From the NCBI GenBank assembly GCA_964572155.1, contig CAZNDZ010000001.1, forward strand, positions 207,300 to 271,299: 64,000 nt of DNA, written 5' to 3'. A program made the translations under genes and the position numbers. The notes under the pieces were generated by a model that did not search any database, was not told the origin of the DNA, and saw only the letters and a program-made list of their open reading frames with translations. Within the stretch, counting starts at the first letter, position 1; each line of letters begins with the position of its first letter. The stretch comes from an uncultured Planctomycetales bacterium (GTDB lineage: Bacteria; Omnitrophota; Gorgyraeia; Zapsychrales; Fredricksoniimonadaceae). Positions 15,001 through 30,000 of the stretch are shown one piece after another.

Positions 15001-18000
15001 GTACTGTCTTTCCATCAACAATTTGTTCATGTTGGCCAGCAACATTTTCCGTGTTGTGTGCAATGGCTCTTTCTCTATTAACTTGTTCTGTTTGAGCAAC
15101 AGCTTTATTAACCGCGGCTTCAACAACAACATCCATACTTCCGCGGATAGCTAAATCTTCGGATCTTTCTTGAGCAATTATTTCTAATTGTTTGCGTAAT
15201 TCAATTTGCTTTTGCGCTACAGGAGCTTTTGATTGTTGAATCCTATCTAATCGTGCTTTTTGTGCATCACTTAAATGAATATCAGCGTCAAGCAAAAGTA
15301 AAACTTCCGTTTCTTTCGCATTGGTACGTTTATTAGCTCGATCAAAAATGCTATCTTTTACATAAGAACCGAAACGAGCCATCGTTTGTAATAAAGAGGA
15401 TTCTGCGCGAGCGCCAATAATAACATGTTTTGCTTGTATCACATTATCAACGACCACGGACTTTGCTTCTACAGAACCATCGACTTTCTCCACACGTACA
15501 TCTAATTTCATGTTACGACCAAATGTTGGGTTGACGCCTTCTGTCATAGATGTCAAAACTACCATTTGACCAATTTTCTCGCGTGCGGCTTTTGCAGCCA
15601 CAGCTTTAAGAGCTGTCTCGTACGACATCCCCCCATTAGCTTTACGATATTGATTAACATCCGCTTGCTTTATTTCAATGGTGCCGACTCTTTCTTTCAT
15701 TGTTGCACCCACTGCTTTACCAACACCATCTGTTGCGTTTTCTGGCTTATAAATAAAAATGTCGTCTGCTTTGATGCCCGCGCTTTCCAAGAAAGATTTT
15801 ATTTTGGCTTCGCCGCCATCTTTTTCTAGTCTATATCTATCAATCAAACTAGTTAACATTGAAGTATTGATCAATAGAGCCGTGTCGTTTTCGCCACGTT
15901 CATACGCTTCTTGATAACGTTTTGCTACATCTTTTAAAGCAGCTTCATATGCTAGATCAACATTGCCAGCCTTATCGCTTGGAAGCGCCATAACGCGTAC
16001 TTTATATTCAAAATCTTTAAACTTTGGAGCTTCATGTAATTGGTAGAATTCTGTGCCCATGTTGCGCATGGCTTGGGTTGATTCACCTGGAGAACCTGTT
16101 AACATAACTGTGCGACCACCGCTTGCGCGTACTAATTCCAATACATCCGCACCTGTAGACTTTACCGATTCTTTTCCGTCTACGTGACGTGCCCATAATT
16201 GCAAACCATTGTCATTAATTCTGCCGTTTTCTAAAATCTTTAATGAGCCTCCTGCTAATTCTGTGCCGGAAGCTTTTTCATTAGCATAGTGAGCCAAAAT
16301 TACTTTCGCTAAAGCATTGACGCCATCTTTATCAGAGAACAAACGATTAAGAGCTCGTTCACCGTTAGCAGTTATTTCGTACGGATCATAAACAAGCACT
16401 CTACCGTCGTCTTTTACTTCGAAACGAATTGTTTTGTTTTCAATGGCGCGATGCAACCACGCTGCAGCTTCAGCATATCGGGCAAAACTTTCAGGTTTTT
16501 CAACAGATTCAGCACCAAAATAAGTTTGGATGTCCTTTGCGCTTTCTTTCCACAACGCATCCATCATATCCTTAGATAATTCATGACTATCGGATAATGT
16601 TCTAATGCCTTGTTTCTTATTGGGCGTATTCTTCTGAAGATTTGCGGGACCGCTAGCTCTCATTAGTTTATCTAAATTACCCATAATGCGAACCAACGCG
16701 CCAAAAGTATCTCTTTCACGTTCTTTAATTTTTGCCCCGTCTACTACGCGTTCATCCCATTCTCTAACCTTTGCAACGCCCGCATCATGTGATCCACCAA
16801 TAATCATGGCTGGCGATGTATAAAATAAATGTGCTTCATCAGCAAATACAATTGCATTTTTAAATGGATTAACTTCCTTTGATCCACCCTCCACGGTCTT
16901 TCGAGCTAAGTCAACCATTTTGGCTTGGGTGTACGACATAACAATGACTTTGCTTGGGTCATTAATCTCAAATTTATCGCCAACGCTTTTAATGGTTGAA
17001 ACTTCAAAACCATCTCTATATTCATCTTTTTCATATTTTGACGTTAAGTTATCTTGGGTTACTAAAATAACCTGCTTGTCAGTGTTGCTTTTAATAATTG
17101 GCATTAATTGATCAACGATGTCTGTTTTACCACCACCCATGTTCAAAATTGCTGCCATCATGGCACTGTCTTTAGGTTTGCTACTTAGTGTAAAATCAAT
17201 GAGGCGTTCAACAACAGCGGTTTGCCCAGCATTGAACTCTAAACCTTTGAAATCTTTTGCGGGCTTAGCCAATGTCTCATGCCAATTCTTAAAGAATGTA
17301 TGCATGATCTCACCAGTGGTCTGTTTGCTGCCACTTTGTTTCGTTTCTAATTTTGTACGTACAGCTTTTACAAAACTTTGTTCTTCTTTGGTTTGAGGAG
17401 TAGGCTTTTCTGCAGCTGCTTGTGTAGATTCACCTTTGGATTTACGATACTCTTGCAACGCTCTTTCTACGATCTTTGTAACATCATAAGTAGGCGTATT
17501 TACAACTTGTAATGCTCTAAATTCTGCTTCTTCACGCAATTTTGTTTCAGCAATCGCTTGTTCTCTCGCTTCTTTCGTTGCTAATTTTGGAGCTTCAACG
17601 CCAAAACCTTGCATGTAAATATCTTCGGTTTTTACAACTTCACCTCTTGTATCACCGTGACCAGCTAACCCAATCGTCTTAGCAACAATGTCGGTGGTCA
17701 ATGTGTTTCTGGCATCTCTGGCTGTAAAACGTCCAATTAGTGCTTCAACTTCTGTTTTGGCTAATTTTTGTTGTTGACGCGCTTCTGTGGATTCTCTAAC
17801 GGGGGTGGCTACCAATGCATTATCGGCGGCGCCGATATTTACAACGCGCACATCAGATGGCAATTCTTTTGGAGGAGCGCGGGATTCAGAAACGCCTCTT
17901 TGAGCAGAAGCACCATACATTGCAGCCGCAATATCGTGAGGATCCTTGTTACTCTTTAAACCTTCTGGCGTTTGCTTCAAACCTAATAAATCCATTGTGC

Positions 18001-21000
18001 TAGCATCTAAGTTCTTTATAGATCCGTTTTCAGCTAATTCAATGCCTCTGGTCGCACGTAATTCGCGCATTTCGTGTAATGCAGCATTGCTGTCTTTAGC
18101 GACAATGATAACTTCACGAATACCATCAGGATGTGACAATACAACAAAAGCCCCATCTTTACCGAGCATTTGAGCTGCATCCGCATTTTTGTAATAACGA
18201 ATAACTGTTGTAGGATTGCCTTGCTTGTCATTTAACGTTCTAACAGATGTTGCTTCGCTTTGATTTGCTACATCAACAATTTCTGCAGCAGATGCGCGAC
18301 GTTGTGTGTCATCAGCCTTCTGAATGCTATTGTCTTTTGCGCCAATAGCAACTACGGCAACATCACCTCTTAAAACTTGTAATTGTCTAATCTGAAGATC
18401 TGTTTTTGAATCTTCTTTGGCTATCGCTTCTCTTAAAATTGCATCAACAGGTTGTGCGGCTTCAATCTTTAAGCCTGAAGCCTCTACTAAATGTAACGCC
18501 AAAGCTTTATTATAAAGTTGGCCTGCTGTTGCGCTGTTCCCTTCAACTTCAACCGCTTTACTAAAATGTTCATAAGCCTTTGTATAAAACTCTCCGGCTT
18601 CATTTTCTGGTCTTGCTGCACCTTCCCGAATAGCTAATTGACCTTCTAATGTATTCAAAGTGCTCTTTAATTGAGGTGATTCGAATAATGATATACCATC
18701 TAATTGTTTTTGAGCTACATCTAAATCTTGACGAATTTCTGCTGTCTCTCTACCGCCAGATCTTTCCATCATGGCAGAAGCGCGCATCAATCGTAAGCTG
18801 AGATTAGATTCATCACGGCTAAGGCCTTCTGTTGCTAAGCTAATGGCTTGTTCCAAATGCTTGCTATCTCTGACTCTGTGTTCTAATAAGGTTCTGATGG
18901 ATCGTTGATAATATGTAGAGCTTTCTTGGGCAGCCAAACGACTAATTGTTTCAATGTGGTTGGCGCCATTCTTTTTGGCAGTTTCAACCACAGCATCAAT
19001 ACTGATACGACCACCTTCGGCTGGGTTGTTGCTTAGAATTTTAATTTTAGCGATGTACGCCGCTGCATCTTTAGGTGCTATAGAAATTCTTTCTCCTAAG
19101 AATTTAATACCTGCTTCCGTGCTGCTTTCATTTCGTGCAGATTCAATTTGTGCTTGTTGAGTTAGAATATCAGCACGTTGGGTTACATTATTGATATCAT
19201 CCCTATTTTTTGATTCCGCTAAATTCTTATTAGCTGCTTCAAGAGCAACTACCGCTTCGGTTTGTAAACGTTCAATTTCTGTTTTATTAGTTGTTGCATT
19301 TTCCTTCTTTAAAGCTTCAATGTTTCTCGTTTTAGCTTGGGCTAAAAGTAAATTACCGCGAACCGCGTGCTCTGGAATTGCAATTAATTCTTTGGCAAAC
19401 TTGGCCATGTCTTCAAATTTATTCTGGCTGGCAGCATAACGAATTTGATTAACTATGCGTTCAACAGGAATTGCATTTTTAAATTGTTGAATATTCGTAT
19501 AACCAGCATTTAATTTACCGAGCGCCCCTAACTTACCTTGGTAGGCGTTCGCTGCTTGTTCCAAATAATTATCTTGGGCTCTGTAAGCTAACCCCACTTC
19601 AGTTGCGGCAACTGCTAGGGTTGGGCCTGTGACATTTGCAATATTTGGATTCTTATCTGCAACTTCAGCAGTAAATCCTCGAGATACTAAATCAGCTGCT
19701 TTTGCACCTTCAGCTAATGCTGCTAATGTTAAAGCGTCTCCACGAGCTTCTGTGCCGGTTATACTAGCAACTTTATCCATTAGTGTTTTATAAGCTGTAT
19801 CGCGAATGTCTTGTGCTTGTTTATTAATGTCTGCTTTTTTATCGCTTGTTGCAGTTGTAGCTGTCTTCTCTAATTCAGTAGCGCGAGATAATGAATTTGT
19901 ATAATTAAGAAATTCGGCTTCGGTGTTATTCTTCCCGGATAATGCCATCGCACGATTGATACTTGATTGAGCATCAATCGATCTTCCTTGAGACATAGCT
20001 AAACGCGCATCGGCAATTGCTGTTTGCGCTTCAGTTGCACCGGCAGGCTTTAACATCAAACTATAGAAGGCGATGGTTTGTGCTTTCTCTTGTATCTTTG
20101 CAGCAGCATAAGCATCAGCGCTGTATTCAATATCTAATGCATTTGTATAACCTTGTATTTTCGCTAACTCAACGCCTTCATCACGTAATCTTTTTTGTAA
20201 ATCTTTATCTTTGACCAAGACACTATGAGCAATATTTTCAGTTGCATCCAATTGCAATATGGTTATAGGTAATGCATGACCTTTAGTTGCAATGAAATTA
20301 TAAGCTTGTGCTTCATACTTAGATGCACCTTCCGTAAAAGCTTTTAGTGGCATTTGACCTAAAGGTAGCAGAACCCCTATCGTACGACCCATCTCCATAC
20401 CACCTGAAACATCTCTTGCTAACTTCTTCATCAAGTCGCCTGGCTCAATTGCTTGGCCAGTCATTAAATTAGTAGCGAAATGTTCTTGATATGCACTCTC
20501 TACAGTGCCTCCGTTTGCAATCACTCGGACAGGCACATCAATCATACTCCAAGCTGGCATCATTAAACCAAAATCAGTTGCTCCAACTACAGATAAACGT
20601 GGGACAATCATAGGATTCTGAGCAATGCGTTGTAACATGGACATGTCCCCAACCGGACTACTTGACCATTTTCCAGTTTGTGCCCAATTATTCATACCTT
20701 GTCGCATTAAACTCAAACTACTTAAACCTGCACCGGCAACAGCTCCATATAACATGTGATTTAGACGACGACTATCTAATACGTCGGCACCTTTTAACTT
20801 AGCGTCGGCAAATGAAATAGCAAATCCTGCAGTAGCGCCGAGACCCATGCCCGTTCCAACTTGTGCTGCTATTTGTGTTTTAGAAAGAATCGCTGGAGTT
20901 TTTTGACCGGCGGCATTAATAATTGTTGGATGTGAGAAAGCATACCTCAAAGCACCTGAACCGGCAATTGCTCCAATAGCGGCGCCACCTGCAGTATATT

Positions 21001-24000
21001 TTAGGAACGATTCAACGCCTTGCTCATCACTTCTGGCCCATGTGAGAGCCCCTACACCGCCACCAATAGCAGATCCAGCAACGATGGGTTGAGATAAGGT
21101 TGGAGATACGGCTTTATAAAAGGCTGAATCTTTTATTTTTGCAATCGCGGGAATTGAATTGCTTAGCTCTTTCGTAGCAATTGCTTCTTTAGTACCAAAT
21201 CTTGCGGCTGTTTGGCGGAATAAATTTGAACCAGCCCAGGTAGACGCGCCATTGACCAAATATCGACCTGTAAGTGTTCCTATTGCTAAATCACGCCCTA
21301 ACTTTGAGAACGTATACTCTCCGCCATCATTTATTAAACCGCCGCCGACAGAAATAGCACCATAACCCGCGCCATTTACCCATGGAGATACCCCTACATT
21401 TTTAGCGGCTGCTAATGCCTTAACAGTACCAAAACCTGCGCCTAATGCTAAGCCAACCCCTGCATCTTTTGCAAAATTTTGGGATGTAAAATAATCACTC
21501 CAGCTGCCGTTATAGTCAATGCCTCCGCGTAATGTATTGATAGCCGCCCCGCCTAAAGAAGATGGTATTGCAGAACCGATTGTTCTCAAAGTGCTTGCTG
21601 CCATCGAATCATTAACTAGAAATTTCGCAAATCTTGTATCATTGTTAAGGAGTTTTGTTGTGGCTATCCATCCATCAGCTCCGGCTACACCTCTAGCTGC
21701 AAAAGCCAACCCGCCTGAAAACACACCATTTGCTTTAGCAACATTGACCGCTGTTACCATGGCATCATCAAAACTTGCTCCGTTAGCGTACATATTAACG
21801 CCGCCGATGACGCCGCCTAAACCAAAACCTGCCACATTGCCTACAATAGCTGTCTTACCTAAATTAGAAATTGCATTAGCTGATGTTACTAATTTTCCTG
21901 TTCCAGAAATTTCACTAGCAACAGAGGCTTTTAAAATATCTTGTGCAGCTCCAGTTAACAAACGCGCTGAAATTCCGCCTTCAAGAGCATTTGCTAATGG
22001 CATTGCTTTGGCTGCATTTGCTGTCGCAGCAACTCCCTTTGTAACCATGCCGACACCACCTGCTAAAACTAATGCTGCATTCGCGCCACCTAGGATAGAA
22101 ATATTAGAAACATCAAGGGAATCACCTAATTGTTCTGATGCACCAAAATAATTACGTAATCTGTCTTTGAAGATTGTTTGACGTCCTTCGCCTTTATAAC
22201 CGTCTGTGAAGAATTGTGAGAATTGTGTGCGTTCTTTAAAGACATCGTGTGCTAAGACAGACCAATATTCGTTGTCTCCTGTTTTGATCGTCATTGGTGC
22301 TGTAATTGCTTTACCCGTCGTTAAATCAAAGGCTTGATTAGCTCTGCGAGTAAATTCACCTTCTTCTAAACTATCACTACCTTTGAAGTATTGACGTAAG
22401 AATGAGTCATCTTTAGCAACAACAAGAACTTTATGTTGTCCGGAATTAATGTCTGTACCTGTGATAACTTTGACGTCTTTACCACTATAATAACCAGATA
22501 AGTCATTATTGGCGGAACCGCTAGCATTGGTCACTGCAACATTTTGTAGAGCGAAGCTAACATTGCCGTATTTATCTTCATTCATACGGTACATAACGTG
22601 ATTTACTTTATCGCCGTCTTGAGCAGAGAATCCGTATACAGCATTGTTATAATCAACCTTTGTTGCTGTGCCAGCCGTTGAACTAAATGAGCCGTTTTCT
22701 TGATTAAACGCAACTAAAAGTTCGTTCTTTTTACCTTTATCATTAACTGAGCCGTCTCCCGTTAAAAGTGCATAATCTGGAGTAACTAAGCGCGCTTTAG
22801 CAACATAGTCTTTTTCGCTAACTTTAGGTTTTCCTTCTTCTTGTGGAATGCCTTTAGCATCAATAACAGCAAAGCTACTCTTCATTGCAGATTTTTCGTA
22901 TAAAATATTAACGCCAACTTTGCCGTCAGCCATTTTCGTTAACTCAACATCTTTAATGTTATGTATGCCATAGCCTTGTCCTGCTAAAGCTTTATATGCT
23001 TCTTCTTTTGTTAAACCAAATGTTTCAAACTTTTGTTTTAATACTTGTTCTACTTTGTTTTCTGGTTTTTGTGTTGACGTTGGATCTGTAGGTTTTGTAT
23101 TAATGGTAGACGTATCTGCCAAGCTTCCTATGAATCTAAAGCCCCAAGCACGACCACGAGTATCGGTATTTCCAGCAGCTTTCCACTCATCATCTGTTGT
23201 CAAGAAACCAAGCCCAACTGCTTTAGCGTCGTATACGCCACTTAAGCCGGTCATTAAACCTTGCGCATTTGTCGTCTGTGGAGTGAATGTTTCAATCTTT
23301 CCACTGGTTACATTGAAATCACCCGCTTTAGCTTCTGATAAATTAAAATTAGTGTCTATTAGCCCAGTAAATGCTCCCTTGCTATTTACATTTAATGGTT
23401 CAACAATATTCATGTTGGTCCATTTCTTACCATCTTGACCAGCAATAATTGTTTGACCATCAACCGTTAAATTGTTAACACGTGCAACAAGGCTTTCTGT
23501 ACCTAATAATTGGAGATGCCCGCCGATGACTTTGCTGCCAGTTGGTGTCATATATGTTGGCATATCAATCAGCATGACGAGTGCATCTGCTTCACCAGCT
23601 TTTCTTGCTAAATCAACATTTGACTTTACTGTCAAATCAACGCCTTTTGCTTCATCTTTAACCACTGTATCACGTTGAGAATTTAACGGGGCAGCTTCGG
23701 TTACATTACGACTGAGTGTAAATGCTTTTGTTTGGCTTAAATCATGGGTTAAGGATCCATCCCCAATTTTAAAGAATAATTTACTGGTGGTAGAATTTGA
23801 ATTTAATACAGCATTAGCAACATTTAACACTCCGGCTTCTTCAACCCCGTTAACATTCGTAGGCTTTTTAGCATTTCTAAGATCTTTAATTGATACGGTG
23901 CTATATACAGCTTCATCACCTATACCACCGCGAATACCTAATACATTGACATTTTTGGCTTTAAACTTAGGATTGGCTAAATTATTTTCAATAACACTTA

Positions 24001-27000
24001 ATGGATTTGCTTTAGCTTTTAATGGATTATTTTTATCCGATGGATTTGCTTCTAAATTTTGATCGATCGTAATCCCGTTTACGGCTGCTACAGCTTTGGA
24101 ATTTGATTTCTCTTCGCTGGGCTTCTTATTCGTAACGTTCTTATCTGAAACATCGCCTGTACCTAGAATCCAACTCTTAGAAACTAAGCCTGACCCATCA
24201 CGTTTAAAGCCATCTAATTTTGCATTGAGCGTCTTTCCATTCTTAGAATTAATTTGTTGTTCTGTACCGTATGCCTTTACACCACGCATCCAGGCGGGCA
24301 CGAAAACATCACCATTATCTTCCATAAACATATAACTATCAGGGCCACCATTAGCTTCAACAGTGAATTTACTTAAAGTAGTGTCATACGCTTTCTTTCT
24401 GTCTGTTTCAGTTGCATCAAATGACTTACTTAATACTAAGGTAGGTTTATAATCCAAATACTTGGCTATAATAAATGTCTTGATCGCACCGTTCTTAATG
24501 TCAAACTTATTTGGGATCTTGGTCAATGTTCCGTGATCAACAAACCATTTTCCGTCGATGATATCAACACCAATTTGAGGTCTACCTTCTTTGGCATTTG
24601 TCATTAACACAGAACCATCAGCGCGGGCAAGATTGTTATCAGAAAGGATACGGATATAGTGAGTGTCTTGAGCTAAACTATTGGTACCCTTTGACCAATC
24701 ATCTGTGAAACCTAAATAACCATCTGTTAATCCCGCCCCTGACATACGATTGTCTTCGTATTGTCCGGAATATTTGCCCAAAAATTCTGTGGCAACTTTT
24801 TTATCATTAACGCCATTGACTTGTACGGGTGTATACTCTCCATTTGCATTTAAGCTTCCATCTAACTTTACCAATGTGTTTGGATCGTTTTCATTCTTTT
24901 CAAGTGTACTTGCGCCACCAGTACCACCTTTTTGATCGGCGGCAATTTTCAAATAATATGAATTCTTTGTCAGGTTGATCATATCCCATCTTGAACCCAA
25001 CGTTTTCTTTCCATCTCTGGTAATAAAAGCTGCATTTGTTTCGTAGACATTCGATCGCTCGCCATCTTCCATAACTTTCTTAACATGCGGCATTAAAATT
25101 GCTGTTTGTACACCGTCTAAGTATACAGACCCTGCGATGTTCTTAACTTTTCCCGCAACTGTATTAAATCCTTCAATGGCGCTCCCTGCTTCTCGTTTAT
25201 CTCCCGTGGCTGTCAAAACTAATTCTTGCTCTACTTCTGATTGAATCTTGGTTTCTTGTTTTAACTTGGCTTCAAGACCTTGTGGACCGAAAACGGAAAC
25301 ATCATCGACCAATTTAGATTCTTTCTTAAATCCTTTTTCAAATCTAATTGTTGGTGCGGAACCAGAAATTAACGCAGGAAGAACATTCTCTTCTCCGCCT
25401 TTAGCAAACTGTTCTGACAATTGAGATTTCGAAACATCCGAACCATTTAAATTGTATCGATTAACACTGCCATCTTTACCAACAACCACGTATTGGTTGG
25501 TTGCTTTTGCGATAGCCCCATTGAAACTGTAGTCTGAATTTGTTCCTGTAAGAACATCCTCTTTACCTTGCGCATCTTTGTAACGAAATACGCCATGATT
25601 TGTAAAGACTCCATTCTCACCGATCACCATGCGTTGATTGTATGATTTGCCATTAACATCAAATGTGCCGCCGGCTGTTGCCGTAAACATTTCTGGTCGA
25701 CCATCTTTATTATCAACAAACGTACCCGTCGCATCGTTATAGATAAATCTCCAATTTCCCTTATCATCAACAGATGCATCGCCTTGACTAAAGCTTGCTA
25801 AACCTCGAGCACTCTTGCCTTCTAACAGCGCGCGCTCAGCAACAGATCCATCTGATCCTGCAGCCTTCGAAAGATTTTTACCGTACTCATCAGCTGGCAC
25901 TGCAGCTTCGGATAAATCCGTTTTATTTTGTTTATAGTTTACATCGCTCATCATCGCAATCACATCAGGCGTCTCTTTGATAAATCCATTTTTTCCATTC
26001 GACAATGTTAAAACTTGCCCACCAATAATTTCTCCACCAGTCCTTCTGTTTCCATTAATATTAACACCATCAATCCTTGCATATTGGGAACCAGAGAGAT
26101 TAGGCATGTACACACTTGTATCGCCAACGCCTTCACCACGAGAACGCACAACCGTTAAATCATTGTTCTTTTCAAAGCTTGGACTAAACGTTAACAAGCT
26201 ACTATAAACACGGCCTTTGTTTGGATCTTTGCCATTCTCAAGAGTACCTGTCAATGAGAACACGTTTGAATTCGTTTCGCTTTCGCCGGCGCCATAATTC
26301 ATTGTTTGACGCGTAGCATTAACGCCCTTCATGCTATTAACAAACTTCACGGAGTCTTCACTATATATAGCGCTTAAAACTTCTTGATTAATTCCTTCTA
26401 AGATTGATCCTTTGGATTTATTAATCGCTGCTACGATTGCAGGATCAAATTCACCGGCATCTTCTGTCATTGCGCTTAATTTATTTTTAACACCATAAAG
26501 CTTTTCACTAACGTCGGTCATCTTGCCATTAACTTTAAGGAAGCCAAATTGATTAAACGAATCCGTGCTTGCTTTATATGACCAGCCTTTTGACATCTGC
26601 CCATTTGCTTCATTCAAATCACTTTGAATCCAAGAAGCCTCACCGCCACCAAGCGAAACAACTTGCGTTGCGCCATTACGCGCTTTCTTAGGATCGTTTT
26701 GATCCCATTGACCACCGTAGGCGCCGTTGTTGGATGAATCATAAATCTTTAAGATGTCGCCGCTGATACCTGTGAGAGGATTCTTTGAATATGTATTTGT
26801 TAACTCTTGGGTGCCGATGATTTGACGGTCGATGATGTTGACGCCAGCTAAACCTAAATCACGTTGGAAACCTTCATTAATAGAACTGCCGCCTAAAACC
26901 ACTTGTCCTTTAGCATTTCTAATCGCTTCATTCGCATTGGTTGTAAACTTAGCTTTACTTTCTTCATCTTTTTCTGTTAAACCAAAACTTTGTCCATCAC

Positions 27001-30000
27001 CAAATGTTAAGTCAAACTTTCTATAATTCTTCCTTGTTATATCTGCCATAAATTCATTGAACACGAACTGGCCGTTATTTTTATTTTGAATGGCTTCTAA
27101 ACGGAATGAATCTTTACCACCAAAACCAGACATAACACATTTGCCATCCTTACAATCAGCGCTGCTGATCATATTGATATCTAAATACTTTGGCGCGGAA
27201 CCATTTGCTATCGCTTCTGGTGCAACATCGTTTTCTGTGAAGAAGTGAGCGTAACCTCTATAATTAAGGCCCCAATCGCTCATTGATTGAATTTTTGAAA
27301 ATGCTGTTTTCCATGCAGGGGCAGCAGAGGCATCGTCTTTTGATTCAGGTTCCTTAATAGCAAGGACTTGAGGAGCACTAAATTCATTGTCGCCATTCTC
27401 TGCGATTGTACCGCTCAACAATGTTGGATTTATTTTTACTCCTATTTGAACTAAGCCTGCCATAACTACGGGCTTATTAATTACTGCAGACATCGGAATT
27501 TCGACAGCAATGGCTTTGATGTTGTCATAAATGTTGCTGGCTAAAGAAGATGAAATGTGATCATTACTGATCAAGCCTGGTTGGAATAAACGTTGTTGCC
27601 ATAAAGCAATAACAAATGCGCGTCTGTCATATGGTTTGCCTTCTGCGGCAGCTTGTGCTTTCAAATCTTTTTCAATTTGATTAGCTTTTAAAACCCAGTC
27701 AACATTGATGCCCGTAATACCTGCCATTGTATCTGCGTAAGCAACGAAGTTTTTACCCGAGCCCCAATTGCCTGTGCTTTGAAGATTATTGAGGTAGGGT
27801 GTGCCCCAAATCATTTCTAACCCTGGGGCCATCAAACCTTGAACGCCTTTTTCTTTATTACCACCTAAATCATCAACAAATGAACTCCAGAAACCATTTT
27901 TGGAAGCGACTTGCTGTTGTTGTTCAGGCGTTAAGTAGTTGTTATTAAGGTAATAGTTAAGCCCTGCTGCAGCTGCAGAAGAAGCAAAGAAAAATAGTGT
28001 TCTAAATTTCGCTTGTTTCTCGCGGTAAGAATAGGATTTATCGTCCTTTCCTATAATAGCTGATTGCAATGCCGTAAAACCAATCGAGAAAGCTCCTTGA
28101 ACAAGGCCTGTCTTAACAGCTTGCCCAACATTGCTTTTCCAAAAATCGCCCTTATCTCCCTTAAATAAATAATCAGCACTGCCTGTTGCCATCCACTGAT
28201 CTGCAGAGGCATTGGCGGTGTAACTCATGAATTGTCCGAGCGATTGTGATGCCAATGAATCAGGCTTAATGCCTGCCACTTTATAAGCAAACAAACGACC
28301 CGCCATCATCCCTAATTGACCCGCCATACCTGGGATTTCGGCTTTAAACGCTTCATTAAAGGCTGTCCCTATAGATTCTGGTGTCCAATCCGTTACTTTA
28401 CTAAAACTTCCCGTATAGGTTCGCGCATACACACCACGTAATTCAGGTTTTATAATGACAACATTTCCATTTTCGTCTAATTTGATCCCATCAAAAATTG
28501 CTGATTCGCGCTCGTACACCATTTGTACGTATGCTTCCTTGGATATTGGCTTACTACCAACGGGATTCTTTGCGCCCTCGACATATTGATCCTGTGCTCT
28601 TAAAGTTGCATCGACATCTCTTTGCGCCATCAAATGCGCTTCTAAAGCAACGCCTGAACCTTCAGTGACCTCGCCTTTATCATTTAAAACATATCCGCCA
28701 GTGGCCTTGCTCTTCGCTTGTTCTGATGTCCCAAAACCAAACAACTTTCCAACTTGATATTTGCTAACACCATTTTCATCTGTTGTTGCTTGATCAAAAG
28801 CCGCGCTGCCAACTCTTAAAACAACATTAGATGCAAGTGAAGAAATCGCAGACACCAAGAAATCCTTCAAAATGCCCTTAGATGCGCTGCATTCTTTATC
28901 ACCACACATCTTCTTTGTAATAGCATTTGTAATCGCCAACTTAACAGCCCCTGTCGCACCACCTGCCACAAAACCAACAGCAAACTTTTGATAGAAATTT
29001 AATTTGGGAACAACCGCTGCATTCATGTTGCTACTACCAACCATTACAGGAGCTGCCTGAGTAACACCGCTCATGAAATCTGGCGTGACTGCTACATCCA
29101 AAGGAGCCAATGTACCCGCTTCAATAACACCACTAGACATCGGACCACCAACCACAACATCACCACCACCCTTTAAACCATCAATGAAATTACCCACCGC
29201 CTCTTTTAATTGATCCCACATTGAACCTATTGATGAGGTTGCGCTTGATGCAGCTGTATTAGTTGGAACTGTTGGCTCTGGGGTTAACCCCATGCTCAAG
29301 CCCATGCTTAATGCGGATGACAAAATAAACGCGCCACCTGCACTACATGTGCCGTTTTGAACGCAGATTGTTGCGATGGTTTGAGTGAAACTTGAAATGG
29401 CTAAACTTAAGGCAATGTTGCCGCTTCCGATCCCTGGGATAAAAGAACTAACGGCCGTAATCGCCAAGTTCATGAAAACCGTGCTGTCCTTAACAAACCC
29501 TGGTAATTCATTACTTCGATCACGCCATTTATCACCCCATGCAAAAGCTTGGAGGGCTTTTGGAATGTATTCGAAATCGAGACCTTCAATTGTCTTTGGA
29601 TCTGGCGCGTAGGCAACGCCATCTAACTTGGCTTCTAGTGTTGCACGGTCAAGGATTTGGCTTTGGCCTAAATCCATCACAGTCACTTTATCTGCAGTGA
29701 CTTTTTGGACTGTAACGAAATGTTCGCCTTTTAAGTGAGCAATGAAAGGTGTGTTTAATTTTAAGACATCTTCGCGAGCTGTTTTAACGCTGACATAATT
29801 TAATCCCAACGCATTGCCAACTTTGTTAATGGCAAAAAGGGTGCTCTTTAATTTTGGTTCGCCAACTTTGATCAAGTCGCTCATCAAATCGGTTGCGATA
29901 GTTAAGACCGCTAATTCTTCAACCGAGCGATTTTTGTTTTGGCTATCAGCAATGTCTTTTAAACTAAACGTTGCGCAGTTGATGGGATGAACTTTTTCGT

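Noticed and set aside
2196-20214. About 25 further small plus-strand ORFs (60-141 aa) and three small minus ORFs (11842..12027, 12733..12915, 18034..18231) inside 1..30457
   Set aside because: All are embedded in or antisense to the continuous giant reading frame. They have hydrophobic or low-complexity products typical of chance ORFs in off-frames. None has an RBS or a recognisable domain.
21519-22151. 210-aa plus-strand ORF (MPPRNVLIAAPPKEDGIAEPIV...)
   Set aside because: Lies antisense to the Gly/Ala-rich block of the giant minus-strand ORF. Its Ala/Pro/Thr-rich low-complexity product is the mirror of that composition, so it is a shadow ORF.
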